A DNA stretch of 64,000 nt from Candidatus Zhuqueibacterota bacterium (GCA_049322915.1 JBMOPW010000045.1:8106-72105), one strand, 5' to 3'; counted from the first letter of the stretch, positions 1 through 10,965 are shown. The notes: a model not told the origin generated them from the sequence alone. Numbers and translations are program-made.

Positions 1-1
1 T

Positions 2-1744
2 GTATGTATTGCATATCTCCAATTGCTAATTCCGATTGTCGGTCGAGCGCAATACTCATTGTTACATGAAGAATTCAGCCAACCGAATTTTGCAACTCCT
101 TCGAACATAAATCATCACGTGTTAAATTTTTTCCATCATTCGTGTGGTTTAAATTTATTAGAAGATGGTTTAATGGATAGTCTTGAGGGACTTGGATATA
201 CTTTACATAGTAGAATTATTAGCACGTATGATTATGAAAATACCTATACTGATTATCGACACTGGTACAAGCGATTTCAACGGGAGTTAGGAATTCCTGT
301 AGGCGACCATTATTATCGGTACGAAGGTCCTGATAAGAATGGAGAACCAGTTATCAGCACTCAAATAGATGATGATTACAGAGATTTTATGCTGAATTAT
401 TATGATTTCAATGCTGAACGAATGGATATTATCATGTTTAAGCCATGTTACCCAAATTCTGAAATCAACGACTTCGATACACAATTTAACGCGAGTAGCG
501 ATAATAACGGATTTGGACAGGTAGTCAGTGGTACACCATATTCAGATAATGACTATAACAATTATCTGTATTTAAATTCGTCGTCGTCAGTGGATGATGA
601 GTATGATGCTGATTACTGGGAAAATGGAGTATGGCAGAAGGAAGCGTCTTCGTTAGCGCAACTGAAATGTGCTTACAGGGGAATGCTCAATATTTTTGTA
701 AACAACCCAGAAATTCTTTTCATTGCGATGCAAGCCCCACCTTTGGCAGAATTGTCTAATGAAGAATCAGCGAGTTGCAGAGAGTTTGCCCGCTGGTTAC
801 GAGAGGACTGGCTTCATCAATATGATCCTCTGGGAATTGATCAGTTTGAAGATTATCCCTTAAAAAATGTTGTGCCCTTCGAATTCCATAATTCAGTCGG
901 TTGGACTGGCAATAATCCACTCTTAGATGATGAGTACTTTTGGTTTGTGCAGGGTGGCTTTGCTGATAATACATTGGACACAAACGATTCAGATAAGATT
1001 GGGGAGAATGCATCTGGGAGAGATCATCCAGCTTCATGGCTTAACCAACGAACAGTCTCCATTTTCTGTGGCGGGACGGATATCTTTAGTCAGCAGTACA
1101 CCGGCCAGCCGCCGCGAACGTATTATTGTTGGATTAATGCAGTTGTAAACCGATGGGAGATGCAATCCACACCTGTGGAATTGACGAACTTTTCCGCCAG
1201 GATATGGGAAAATTCTGTCATTCTCCAATGGTCCACTCAATCTGAAACCAATAACTATGGCTTTGAAGTGGAACGGGCTACTGATAGGATGAGCTTTAAA
1301 AAAATTGCATTTGTCCCTGGGAATAATACCACAACAAGTCCCAAAGACTACCAGTACGAGGACAACAGTCTGGTGTTTGGAAAGTACTTTTATCGTCTCA
1401 AACAAATTGATTGCACTGGCGAATATAGTTACTCAGCGGTTCTTGATGTTCATCTGGCAATAGCGCGCGGTTTTAAGCTGTACCAAAATTATCCCAATCC
1501 ATTTAATGCTTCCACGAGTATCGCTTATGAGCTGCAGGACGCCGGAGATGTTGAATTAACCATTTATAACACAAAGGGGCAGGAGGTCAATCGGTTACTC
1601 CATGGCTATCAACATGCGGGATATCATTCTGCTAAATGGGACGGAACCGATTTTTCAGGCAGCTATGTCCCAACTGGAATTTACTATTGTAAGCTACGGG
1701 CCAATCACGATTATCAGGTAATTAAACTGTCGTATTTGAAATAA
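2..1744 (+). CDS. Secreted protein, 5'-truncated: SGNH-like N-terminal domain, PVEL-type Ig region and C-terminal FlgD-Ig/T9SS type A-like domain
   Basis: Frame is open from position 2 (VCIAYLQLLIPIVGRA|Q looks like the end of a signal peptide). Motifs FFHHSCG, DIIMFKPCY and GRDHP, then TPVELTNFSA, then YQNYPNPFN...WDG...GIYY...KLSYLK. Confidence 0.75.
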   Translation, partial: VCIAYLQLLIPIVGRAQYSLLHEEFSQPNFATPSNINHHVLNFFHHSCGLNLLEDGLMDSLEGLGYTLHSRIISTYDYENTYTDYRHWYKRFQRELGIPVGDHYYRYEGPDKNGEPVISTQIDDDYRDFMLNYYDFNAERMDIIMFKPCYPNSEINDFDTQFNASSDNNGFGQVVSGTPYSDNDYNNYLYLNSSSSVDDEYDADYWENGVWQKEASSLAQLKCAYRGMLNIFVNNPEILFIAMQAPPLAELSNEESASCREFARWLREDWLHQYDPLGIDQFEDYPLKNVVPFEFHNSVGWTGNNPLLDDEYFWFVQGGFADNTLDTNDSDKIGENASGRDHPASWLNQRTVSIFCGGTDIFSQQYTGQPPRTYYCWINAVVNRWEMQSTPVELTNFSARIWENSVILQWSTQSETNNYGFEVERATDRMSFKKIAFVPGNNTTTSPKDYQYEDNSLVFGKYFYRLKQIDCTGEYSYSAVLDVHLAIARGFKLYQNYPNPFNASTSIAYELQDAGDVELTIYNTKGQEVNRLLHGYQHAGYHSAKWDGTDFSGSYVPTGIYYCKLRANHDYQVIKLSYLK

Positions 1745-1860
1745 ATAGTGTTGTTTATCTGGTTTATGATTTTCTGTTTAAATGCATCTGAAAATTTTTT
1801 TCAAGTGGACTTAGTTGGATGGGCAAGGAATTTCTGTAATTTGCTCAGGAAGCGCGTATT

Positions 1861-3435
1861 GTGCAGATAAATAATTTCCTAGAAATTACCGCGCAAAATT
1901 TCCCTGATAAAAAAGCTATCTGGCATAATAACCAGTGGCTCACTTATTCAGAAATTAATTCACTATCGAACAAGGTCGGTAATTATTTGAAGGGCTGTGG
2001 CCTGGAACGCGGGGATCGGGTTGCCATCCTCCTCGAGAATAGTTTCGACTATATCATTTCTTACTATGCAATTTTAAAAATTGGGGCCATTACCGTTGCT
2101 CTAAATACTGAATCAACGACGGACTCATTGACTTACTTATTGAATGATTCAGGCGCCAGGGCAATTATATCGAATAAAAAATTCACTAAAAAGCTGATCC
2201 CTGCTTTAGCTAATTTGATAAATCTGAGATGGGCTATCATTGATCAGCCTGATCCTGCAGAATATCAAAAGCTAAATTTTTGCACTACCATCGCTTTAAA
2301 GAAAATTTATACATCTGGCAATGACGCTCATCCCAATGTGCGGTGCATCGATACCGATATCGCGTCTATTGTGTACACTTCAGGCAGCACAGGAAAACCA
2401 AAAGGCGCCACGTTAACTCATTTCAATATTGTGAGCAACACCCATTCGATCGTTGAGTATCTCCAGTTGAACGCGCACGATCGAATTATGGTTGTCCTGC
2501 CATTTTATTATATTTATGGGAAATCGCTGCTCAATACGCATTTCTGTGTTGGCGGATCCGTCGTCATTGATAACAGATTTCTCTATCCCAATGTCGTCCT
2601 CGAAACCATGAAGCAGATGGAGGTCACTGGTTTCTCCGGAGTGCCTTCTACGTTCATGATTCTGTTGAACAGGTCTTCTGTGCGCACTTACACATTTAGT
2701 TCGCTGCGCTATTTGACACAAGCCGGTGGCGCGATGGCGCCGGTTGTTCAAAAGGAAGTTGCTAAAGTTTTTTCGCCTGCCAAGTTATTCATCATGTACG
2801 GCGCCACCGAAGCTTCAGCGCGGCTCTCTTATTTAGATCCTGAAATGCTGCCCCAAAAGTGGGGATCCATCGGAAAAGCCATTCCCAATGTTGATCTTTT
2901 CATCGCTGATGAAAATGGACGTCCGCTACCGCCCGGGGAGGTCGGCGAGATCGTTGCCAGAGGATCGAATTTGATGGTGGGATACTGGAACGATCCGGAA
3001 GAAACGGCACGCGTGATAAAAAATGGTATGTACTTTACCGGCGATCTGGGTCGGATGGATGAAGATGGCTATCTCTTCGTCGTGGGGCGAAAACGAGACA
3101 TGATAAAAGTCGGCGGCGAGCGAGTGAGCGCCAAAGAAATCGAAGAAGCGATATTGGAAATCCCCGAAGTTCATGAAGTGGCAGTCATTGGCGTGGAAGA
3201 AGAAGTATTGGGTGAGGCGATTAAAGCGATCATTGTTTTCAATGATGAAATGGAACCGCTGCATGAAAAGGCAATTCGCGCATTCCTGTCAAAGAAATTA
3301 CCTCTGGTGAAAATACCAAAATTCATCGAGTTTGTCAAAACCCTTCCAAAGAACGAGTCCGGAAAAATTCTAAAGACCGTTCTGAGAGAGCAACATCGTA
3401 TTGAAACTTTTCAAGATGAAAGGGTACCGGAATGA
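1861..3435 (+). CDS. Class I adenylate-forming enzyme (AMP-dependent acyl/aminoacyl ligase)
   Basis: YTSGSTGKPKG P-loop, YGATE, TGDLG, GRKRDMIKVGGERV and the C-terminal PKNESGKILK lysine motif; GTG start. Confidence 0.93.
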   Translation: MQINNFLEITAQNFPDKKAIWHNNQWLTYSEINSLSNKVGNYLKGCGLERGDRVAILLENSFDYIISYYAILKIGAITVALNTESTTDSLTYLLNDSGARAIISNKKFTKKLIPALANLINLRWAIIDQPDPAEYQKLNFCTTIALKKIYTSGNDAHPNVRCIDTDIASIVYTSGSTGKPKGATLTHFNIVSNTHSIVEYLQLNAHDRIMVVLPFYYIYGKSLLNTHFCVGGSVVIDNRFLYPNVVLETMKQMEVTGFSGVPSTFMILLNRSSVRTYTFSSLRYLTQAGGAMAPVVQKEVAKVFSPAKLFIMYGATEASARLSYLDPEMLPQKWGSIGKAIPNVDLFIADENGRPLPPGEVGEIVARGSNLMVGYWNDPEETARVIKNGMYFTGDLGRMDEDGYLFVVGRKRDMIKVGGERVSAKEIEEAILEIPEVHEVAVIGVEEEVLGEAIKAIIVFNDEMEPLHEKAIRAFLSKKLPLVKIPKFIEFVKTLPKNESGKILKTVLREQHRIETFQDERVPE

Positions 3436-4244
3436 GAACACTAGTTTTGATCATATTCGTTGTGGCGCTTAGTTGCACGAATGATATGGAGAAAGACCAC
3501 ATGAAACTTCCTTTGGAATCGATTCAAATGAGCGATTCAGCAATCGACTCGTTGGCCTCCAAACGCATTTATTTTGGTCACATGTCCGTTGGGTACAACA
3601 TGATGAAGGGCGTCGAAAATGTCATCAAATCGGATGCACGACTCAGCGCCATCCGTGTGATAGAGCTTGCTGAAAATGATACGATTTCAGCGCCGGGATT
3701 TTATCACGGGAAAAACGGGAAGAATTCGTTCCCGGATACAAAGTGCGATGCGTTTAAAAATCTGTTATTTAAAAATGATTTTGCCAAGAATCTGGATATC
3801 GCGTTTTTTAAATTTTGCTATGTCGATTTAAAGGATAATTCCGATGTGCAAAAAATTTTCAATTATTATGTGTCTACTGTGGAGGGAGTGAAATCAGCAT
3901 TCCCTCACCTGAAAATTGTTCACGTCACTGTGCCGTTGAAATCCCATTGCTGGGGAATGAAAGAAAAAGTGAAACGGTTGTTCCAGACAGATGTATCAAA
4001 TATCAAGCGGAACGAATTTAATACCTTGCTTCTGGAGAAGTACAGCGGACATGAACCGGTGTTTGATCTGGCAGGAATTGAATCGACCTGTGAGGACGGC
4101 AGCCGGACGTCATTTAAACACAATGGCAATGTCTATTATTCACTTAATGATCGGTACACCTACGATGGCGGGCATTTGAACGCGGAAGGATCGCTCTTAG
4201 CAGGGCGGGCGCTCGTGCAACTTTTGTCTGAAATTTCCCTGTAA
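3432..4244 (+). CDS. Lipoprotein with SGNH/GDSL-like hydrolase/acyltransferase fold
   Basis: Signal peptide ending in lipobox-like ALSC; FGHMSVG (putative Ser nucleophile), FFKFCYVD and C-terminal DGGHLN (DxxH). ATGA overlap with the ligase stop. Confidence 0.7.
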   Translation: MRTLVLIIFVVALSCTNDMEKDHMKLPLESIQMSDSAIDSLASKRIYFGHMSVGYNMMKGVENVIKSDARLSAIRVIELAENDTISAPGFYHGKNGKNSFPDTKCDAFKNLLFKNDFAKNLDIAFFKFCYVDLKDNSDVQKIFNYYVSTVEGVKSAFPHLKIVHVTVPLKSHCWGMKEKVKRLFQTDVSNIKRNEFNTLLLEKYSGHEPVFDLAGIESTCEDGSRTSFKHNGNVYYSLNDRYTYDGGHLNAEGSLLAGRALVQLLSEISL

Positions 4245-4283
4245 CCCCTGGTTATAACTGATGAATGCGAGGAAGGAATTACA

Positions 4284-4535
4284 ATGCAACATTTGCCAGT
4301 AATCAAAGAGTTTATCATAGAAAATTTCCTGTTCGGCGATGGTGAAAATCTTCAGGACGATGCATCGTTTATGGATAACGGCATCATCGACTCCACAGGC
4401 ATCCTGGAGTTGATCACATTTCTCGAAGAGAAGTTTGGAATTAGCGTCAAGGACGATGAACTCGTTCCTGACAACCTGGACAGCCTGACGAAGGTCTCCG
4501 GCTATCTCGAAAGAAAGCTGCAGGCCGGACAGTGA
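4284..4535 (+). CDS. Acyl carrier protein
   Basis: 83 aa acidic protein with GIIDSTGILEL phosphopantetheine-attachment motif; purine-rich RBS (gaggaagga) upstream. Confidence 0.93.
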   Translation: MQHLPVIKEFIIENFLFGDGENLQDDASFMDNGIIDSTGILELITFLEEKFGISVKDDELVPDNLDSLTKVSGYLERKLQAGQ

Positions 4536-4758
4536 TGTCCTTTCCAACACCTGAAATCCAATCAATAAAACGGAATTCGAATGAAGCGAGTCGATTGATG
4601 GTTTTCAGAAATTGTGCGACAACGACTCTCCCGGCAGACGATCAATTTTCCCACCCTCTCATTGCGAATGCTCAGCGACATGGTTGAATCTCCGTTTAAT
4701 AACTTCATTCAGTCCTATTTTAACTCGATCATTTTCAACAATCACAACGACAACACGT

Positions 4759-6735
4759 ATGTGCGGAATCGCGGGTAAATACTCATTCTCTTCAGCGAAA
4801 CACATTTCGCCTCATGACATTGGCAAAATGGTTCAGATCATGAACTATCGTGGTCCGGATGAAACCGGCTGGTACGTGGACGATGTCGTTGGATTGGGAC
4901 ACGCGCGCCTCAGCATCATCGATCTGGCCGGGGGCGTGCAGCCCATTCACAACGAAGACGAGACCATGTGGATTGTGTACAATGGCGAGATTTTCAACTA
5001 TCCTGAATTGAAGGCTGACCTGGAAAAGAAAGGCCATCGTTTTTATACGACAACGGACACTGAGGTGCTGTTGCACCTCTATGAGCAAAAGGGTGTCGAT
5101 TGCCTGAATGATCTGAACGGCCAGTTCGCTCTGGCGATTTGGGATCGTTCGCGCCGCGAACTTTTTCTGGCCCGCGATCGCGTCGGCATTCGACCGCTGT
5201 TCTTTACGCTGCAAAATGATGTCCTGACATTTGCTTCGGAAATCAAAGCGATTTTCACTGACAGCGCCATCCCACGCGAAATCGATGCATCGGCGTTGGA
5301 TGAAATATTCACGTTCTGGACGAACCTGCCGGGCAGGACAGTGTTCAAAAATATTCACGAGCTCCGGCCCGGACATTACGCGACAATTAAAAACAACCAT
5401 TTTCAGATTGGCAAGTTCTGGGATATTCCTTTTGCGCCTCCACAGGATCAATTGAATTTATCAGTCGGCCAGTACGCCGAGCACATCAAGGATTTGCTGA
5501 CCGATGCCATCCGAATTCGGCTGCGAGCGGACGTGCCTGTGGGATGCTATCTCAGCGGCGGACTGGATTCGTCTGGGGTCACTTCGCTGGTGGTGAAAAA
5601 CTTCGATAATAACGTCCGCACATTTGGCATTCGGTTCGAGGAAAAAGCGTTCGACGAAGGCCAGCATCAAAATCTGATGGTGTCTTATCTTCGCACCGAT
5701 CACACTGAAATTGTAGCCACCAATCAATTCATCGGCGAAGCGCTGCCGCAAGTCCTCTGGCATTGTGAAAAACCGCTGCTGCGCACCGGACCGGTACCGT
5801 TGTTTTTATTATCGAAAGCCGTTCACGACAGCCACTATAAAGTTGTACTCACCGGCGAAGGCGCGGACGAGGTGTTCGGCGGATACAATATCTTTCGGGA
5901 AGCCAAGGTTCGGAATTTTTGGGCAAAGCAACCCGATTCCAAATTCAGGGGAAAGCTGATTGGAAAACTGTATCCGTACATCTTCAATGATCCGCGGCTC
6001 TGGCAAATGAAGCAGGTCTTTTTCGCGACCGGATTGGATCGTCATCATGACCCATTTTTCTCTCACCTCATTCGCTGGCAGACCACGAGTAAAATTAAGA
6101 CGTTCTTTGCAGCGGAGGTTCATGCTGCCCAGAACCTCGACGCCTTCAACGGAGCGCTCACATCCATGTTGCCGGCCTCCTTCTCGCAGTGGGATCCTCT
6201 CGCCAAAGCGCAGTATCTGGAAATGACCCTATTTTTGAGCAATTACCTGCTCTCATCCCAGGGCGACCGCGTGGCCATGGCCCATTCGGTGGAAATCCGA
6301 CTGCCTTTTCTTGACTATCGAATCATCGAGTTCATGGGACAGGTGCCGTCGTCTCTGAAAATCAGAGGAATGAACGAGAAGTATTTATTGAAGAAAGCAT
6401 TTCAGGGAATTTTGCCGGAAGCGATTGTCCGTCGCCCCAAGCATCCCTATCGCGCGCCGATTGGACAGAGCTTTTTTAATAAAGATACATCGGCGTTCAC
6501 GATGGATGTGCTCTCGGAACGCGAATTATTACAATCCGGGCTGTTCAATCCTGTCAAAGTAGCGGGTTTAATCCGCAAATTTCAGCAGCAGAGCGAAGCC
6601 AGCGAGACCGATAACATGGCGATCATGGGAATTTTGTCGGCGCAGTTGATCTTCCATCAATTCATCCGGGCCTTTCCCGGGGACAGCATCCGACCGAAAC
6701 AGCCAACTGTCGCGTTTGACTTTCGATCCGTATGA
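4759..6735 (+). CDS. asnB: Asparagine synthase (glutamine-hydrolysing) family amidotransferase
   Basis: Likely true start is MCGIAG at 4759 (N-terminal nucleophile Cys2). RGPD, GHARLSIIDL, NGEIFN, LSGGLDSS, GEGADE and DRVAMAHSVEIRLPFLD motifs. Confidence 0.93.
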   Translation: MCGIAGKYSFSSAKHISPHDIGKMVQIMNYRGPDETGWYVDDVVGLGHARLSIIDLAGGVQPIHNEDETMWIVYNGEIFNYPELKADLEKKGHRFYTTTDTEVLLHLYEQKGVDCLNDLNGQFALAIWDRSRRELFLARDRVGIRPLFFTLQNDVLTFASEIKAIFTDSAIPREIDASALDEIFTFWTNLPGRTVFKNIHELRPGHYATIKNNHFQIGKFWDIPFAPPQDQLNLSVGQYAEHIKDLLTDAIRIRLRADVPVGCYLSGGLDSSGVTSLVVKNFDNNVRTFGIRFEEKAFDEGQHQNLMVSYLRTDHTEIVATNQFIGEALPQVLWHCEKPLLRTGPVPLFLLSKAVHDSHYKVVLTGEGADEVFGGYNIFREAKVRNFWAKQPDSKFRGKLIGKLYPYIFNDPRLWQMKQVFFATGLDRHHDPFFSHLIRWQTTSKIKTFFAAEVHAAQNLDAFNGALTSMLPASFSQWDPLAKAQYLEMTLFLSNYLLSSQGDRVAMAHSVEIRLPFLDYRIIEFMGQVPSSLKIRGMNEKYLLKKAFQGILPEAIVRRPKHPYRAPIGQSFFNKDTSAFTMDVLSERELLQSGLFNPVKVAGLIRKFQQQSEASETDNMAIMGILSAQLIFHQFIRAFPGDSIRPKQPTVAFDFRSV

Positions 6736-6834
6736 GTCTGCCGGTGGCGTCCCCGTGGCAATTTCGCTGATTACTCGGAGCATTCGACCACATTAAAAAT
6801 CGTCCCATCATTCACTCAATTATTGCATGAAACC

Positions 6835-9090
6835 ATGAAAAAAATTCTGCCCGTTTTAATCCTGTTTCTTCTGGCCGGGGTGAATTCGGGAAGATGTCAG
6901 GCGCCGGGCGTTATCTCCGGAACGGTCACCGATGAACATGGCCAACCCCTGCCTAACGCTACCATCATCATCCTGGGCACGCAGTGGGGTGCTGCTTCGG
7001 ACAGCGAAGGCGTCTATCGGATACCGAATCTGGCCGCGGGAGTGTACAGACTGAAATGTATGAGCATGGGCTACGAATCAGTCATCAAGGACGCTGTGTC
7101 GGTGCGCGCCGGTGAGGTCACCACGGTGAATATTCAATTGATCGAAAAAGCGATTGAGATGGAGGAAGTCATCGTAACCCCGGGTGATTTTTCAATCGCG
7201 CAGCAGCAAACCGCCAAACGGCAGGTGATTGATAAAGAGAAGATCATCGATGTGCCGGCGACGTTGAACGACATTTGCCGCGTGTTGCAGATCATGCCCG
7301 GCATAACGTTCTCTGACGATTACAGCGCGCATTTTCATGTGCGCGGCGGGAAGCAGAACGAGAACCTCATTCTCCTCGATGGCATGGAGATATTCGACCC
7401 GTATCACCTCAAACATATTGGCGGCGCTGTCGGCGTGATGAATATGGAATTGACCGAGAATGTGTCGGTATTGACCGGCGGGTTTCCTGCCCGGTACGGG
7501 GATAAATTATCTTCAGTGGTGGCAGTGGAAAATCGGGCTGGCGATAAAGAGAGGTTCAGTGGTAATATCGGCGGCGGCGGCACCGGATTTTCATTTTTGC
7601 TGGAAGGACCCATGCCGTACGGCAGTTGGATTCTTTCTGCGCGAAAAAGTTTTTTGAAAGAAGCGGCTGAGTTCCTGAATCCCACGGATTACACTTTTTC
7701 ACCATCCTTTTATGACGTGCAGGGAAAACTTTCATTGACCGGCTCCGGCAGGAATCAATTCACCTACAATTTTCTTTATTCAAAAGATAACTCGTATCTG
7801 GAAAAATGGCGCCGGGACTCAGAACTGAACTCGGATTACGGCAACAGCTATCACGGCATCGTCTGGCGAAAGATCATCAGTCCCAGATTTCTGTGGGAAA
7901 TGATCCTCTCCCGCGGTGAGAATTTCTGGGACAATAAAATCGGGGATGATAAACGGGAGAAATTGAACCTAGCCGAGAATGTGTTCACGTGGAATTTCAC
8001 AACGGAGCCGCTGCGCCGGCATCATGTTGAAGCCGGATTGACCTACAAATTCATCAGCTACGATTACGAACTGGATGCGCCCGAAATTTCCACGGACCTG
8101 CAGGATTTCGAGGAGTTGGTTCAGTCGGCTTATGGCGATGTTAAAATTAATCCCAGGACCTACAAGTTGTCCGGGTTCCTGCAGGACAAATTCCCCATCT
8201 ATCAATCCCTGTTCGCCAATGTGGGGCTGCGTTACGATTATTTCGAGTACAACGAAGATCAACATGTTTCACCGCGGCTGGGCCTGGCTTATAAAGTGAC
8301 CGAGAAAACCATATTCCGGGGCGCCTGGGGCCATTTTTACCAATCCCCGGTGTACACAGAATTGACTGATACAAAGGGCGCAGAACACAACCCGACATCG
8401 GAGAAGTCGGTCCACTATGTCGCCGGCGTTGAACATCACTTCTCGGACAAAATCTCTATTCGGGTGGAGGCCTATCAAAAGACATTGGAGCAGATGATCG
8501 GGCATTATTATGAAATTATTGAGGAAGAGCCGGAGATCCGATACGGGAACCCCTATGATGGTTTGGCAAAGGGCGTTGAGTTTTTCTTTAATGGACAATT
8601 CACAAAACGCTGGTCTCTCTGGGGCGCCTATGCTTTCTCAAAGACCGAGATCGAACGGCTGCTGATCGACTGGCAGGAACTATCTATTGAAACGCAGACA
8701 GTCCCCCGATTTACTGACCAGCCGCACAATCTCTCCCTGTTCACCAGCGTGCTGTTTCCGCGAGCCTGGGAACTGAATATCAAATGGCGATACCTGTCCG
8801 GAATCCCCTACACGCCGGAGTACCCGGTCTGGAACAATGGCAAAGCCAATTGGGATAGCGGGGAGCCGTATTCGGCTCGCTATCCTGCGTACCATCGATT
8901 GGATGTCCGAATTGGCAAGCGATTCACGTTCAATCGATTCGAACTGGCTACTTTTCTCGAAATAAAAAATCTGTACAATAATGACAATGTGTTGCTGTAC
9001 GATTTCGAAATTGAAGATAACCAGCATGTGAAAAAAGTCTATCACACGCTGCCATTTCTGCCAACCATAGAATTTACGTTAACTTTTTAA
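6835..9090 (+). CDS. TonB-dependent outer-membrane receptor with N-terminal carboxypeptidase-regulatory-like domain
   Basis: Signal peptide; ISGTVTD...GAASD..G.Y.I domain; plug motifs VRGG..NEN.ILLDG and GGFPARYG.KLSSV; GLRYD, SPRLG, NLYN; terminal Phe. Confidence 0.9.
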   Translation: MKKILPVLILFLLAGVNSGRCQAPGVISGTVTDEHGQPLPNATIIILGTQWGAASDSEGVYRIPNLAAGVYRLKCMSMGYESVIKDAVSVRAGEVTTVNIQLIEKAIEMEEVIVTPGDFSIAQQQTAKRQVIDKEKIIDVPATLNDICRVLQIMPGITFSDDYSAHFHVRGGKQNENLILLDGMEIFDPYHLKHIGGAVGVMNMELTENVSVLTGGFPARYGDKLSSVVAVENRAGDKERFSGNIGGGGTGFSFLLEGPMPYGSWILSARKSFLKEAAEFLNPTDYTFSPSFYDVQGKLSLTGSGRNQFTYNFLYSKDNSYLEKWRRDSELNSDYGNSYHGIVWRKIISPRFLWEMILSRGENFWDNKIGDDKREKLNLAENVFTWNFTTEPLRRHHVEAGLTYKFISYDYELDAPEISTDLQDFEELVQSAYGDVKINPRTYKLSGFLQDKFPIYQSLFANVGLRYDYFEYNEDQHVSPRLGLAYKVTEKTIFRGAWGHFYQSPVYTELTDTKGAEHNPTSEKSVHYVAGVEHHFSDKISIRVEAYQKTLEQMIGHYYEIIEEEPEIRYGNPYDGLAKGVEFFFNGQFTKRWSLWGAYAFSKTEIERLLIDWQELSIETQTVPRFTDQPHNLSLFTSVLFPRAWELNIKWRYLSGIPYTPEYPVWNNGKANWDSGEPYSARYPAYHRLDVRIGKRFTFNRFELATFLEIKNLYNNDNVLLYDFEIEDNQHVKKVYHTLPFLPTIEFTLTF

Positions 9091-9319
9091 TCCCTCGGCA
9101 GTACCAGGGACGAAAAATAATTCTACCACCTTCGCCAACCAACCAAACACGAACAGGGCGAAAGACAACACGTTTATTTCATTCATAAAAATACTCTGCT
9201 GATTTCTCATCTCTCAGATTGCAGTGTAGTACGTTTCGACTCCGCGGATCTCTGATGCGCTGCCTCCTAAAAGTTATTCACAATTAATTGTCCGCTATCC
9301 AGTGGGCAGGAGGTGTAAC

Positions 9320-10957
9320 ATGAAAAGTTTTATCAAAATTCTAAGTACGAGCAGTTGCGTCATTTTGGTGTCGCTGTTATTTTCAGGCGTAGTCTCCGCT
9401 CAGTTCGTCATCAACGCCAATGATTTTCCATCGACGCCCGGGATTTGCATCATCACCGAAGACGATACGGTGAATGGCATCGGCATTGATGTCGGCTTGC
9501 CCGGCGCAAACCGTGTCTGGCGCTTCGACCAGCCATATCCAAGCACTCTCAGCCGTCAGGTGTTGATGGCCCCGAAAGATACCCCATTTTCAGCTCAATT
9601 CCCGGACGCCAACGTGGCCGTTCGTTACGACGGCAAACTGGGACACATCGTCCACAGCTACTATTTCGACGATATTTCCGGGGAGATTTATGGCTATCAA
9701 CAATTGACGCCAGGCGAACTGCGGATTCAGGGCTTTGGTGTGGATTCTGCCCTCGCCCGCTATAATGAATACGTGGCTGATGTGAGGGGGATAGTGGATA
9801 TTGAACCCAATGTGTTGATGCATTCTTTTCCCCTGAGGTACGGCAAAACCTGGCAGAGCGTCTCGGATTTTAGTGTGGAAGCAGATACAACCCTGTTTGG
9901 AATTCCCATCACCTTGTCAGCGGACATCAAGGACAATGTCTCCTCCGTAGTCGATGGTTGGGGAACCATCTATTTACCGAATGCAAGTTATCGGACGTTA
10001 CGAGTGAAATCCTACATCTCATTGCAGGAAGATTTATTTCTCAATGGCGTTCAGATTCGTTCGAAGAAAACCCGTACCATAAATTATTACTGGATCGCTC
10101 AGCATTATGGCATCGTGGCCCGCGTCATCAGCTATTCCAATGAACCTGACGACGGATTCCTCTTGGCCAAACAAGTGTCGCGGATTCATCTGTTCAATCC
10201 GAAAATTGAGCTGCGGCTCGATTCCTATAGCGGTCACCGCGGCGATATTTTTGAAATACCGATCCACATCAACAAAGTCACCGATCTTTCCATCTCATCT
10301 GTTCAGTTCAAAATTGGTTTTGATACAGGCAAGCTCATTCCGATGGAGGTGATCACACGGGGCGCGCTCACTGAAAAATGGCGCGCGCCGGAATTGATCG
10401 CTACGACGACCGGGGTGCAGTTCAAACTCAGCGGCGATGAGCCCCTGGCCGGCGAGGGCGTGTTATGTTACCTCAAAATGCAGGCCAATCCCAATGCGAC
10501 CGATTACGGGCTGACGGCCATCTCCTTCGATGAAGTAAAAATTGACAAAAGCGGCCCCATGATTGTGCCGTTTCCGGGTCGATTTGTCCTGTTGCCCGGA
10601 AATGTGCTGACCCGGGAAGAACAAATTGCCTTCGAACAACTCGTCGCCGGCTCCCTGGCAGAGTTCCGATTGATGCAAAATTACCCCAACCCGTTCAATT
10701 CTCTCACCACGATCGGATACCAATTGCCATCGAATTCCACAGTCACTCTTCAGATTTTTGACATGCAGGGCCGATTGATTCACACATTGGCGCAGGGCAC
10801 GCAGCCAGCCGGACAGCATTTTTTGAATTGGGATGGGCGCGATGGTTTTGCCAATCTCGTGGCTTCCGGGACGTATTATTACCGCATCGATGTTGCACCC
10901 AATGAAACGACACAACAAACACTTTCATTCGTGAAGAAGCTCATTCTACTAAAGTGA
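9320..10957 (+). CDS. Secreted protein: uncharacterised ~290 aa N-domain, cohesin-like domain and FlgD-Ig/T9SS-like CTD
   Basis: RBS aggagg before ATG 9320; signal peptide VSA|Q; cohesin-like EIPIHINKVTDLSISSVQFKIGFD...GEGVLCYLKM; QNYPNPFN CTD. Confidence 0.75.
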   Translation: MKSFIKILSTSSCVILVSLLFSGVVSAQFVINANDFPSTPGICIITEDDTVNGIGIDVGLPGANRVWRFDQPYPSTLSRQVLMAPKDTPFSAQFPDANVAVRYDGKLGHIVHSYYFDDISGEIYGYQQLTPGELRIQGFGVDSALARYNEYVADVRGIVDIEPNVLMHSFPLRYGKTWQSVSDFSVEADTTLFGIPITLSADIKDNVSSVVDGWGTIYLPNASYRTLRVKSYISLQEDLFLNGVQIRSKKTRTINYYWIAQHYGIVARVISYSNEPDDGFLLAKQVSRIHLFNPKIELRLDSYSGHRGDIFEIPIHINKVTDLSISSVQFKIGFDTGKLIPMEVITRGALTEKWRAPELIATTTGVQFKLSGDEPLAGEGVLCYLKMQANPNATDYGLTAISFDEVKIDKSGPMIVPFPGRFVLLPGNVLTREEQIAFEQLVAGSLAEFRLMQNYPNPFNSLTTIGYQLPSNSTVTLQIFDMQGRLIHTLAQGTQPAGQHFLNWDGRDGFANLVASGTYYYRIDVAPNETTQQTLSFVKKLILLK

Positions 10958-10965
10958 GGATTGCA

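Noticed and set aside
4612..4758. 49-aa N-terminal extension of AsnB given by the ORF track
   Set aside because: Ntn amidotransferases need Cys at the mature N-terminus, so the ATG at 4759 (MCG) is the credible start.
4759..6735. AsnB as a lasso-peptide cyclase or RiPP enzyme
   Set aside because: It has an intact N-terminal Cys glutaminase domain, and no B1/B2 proteins or precursor peptide are visible nearby.
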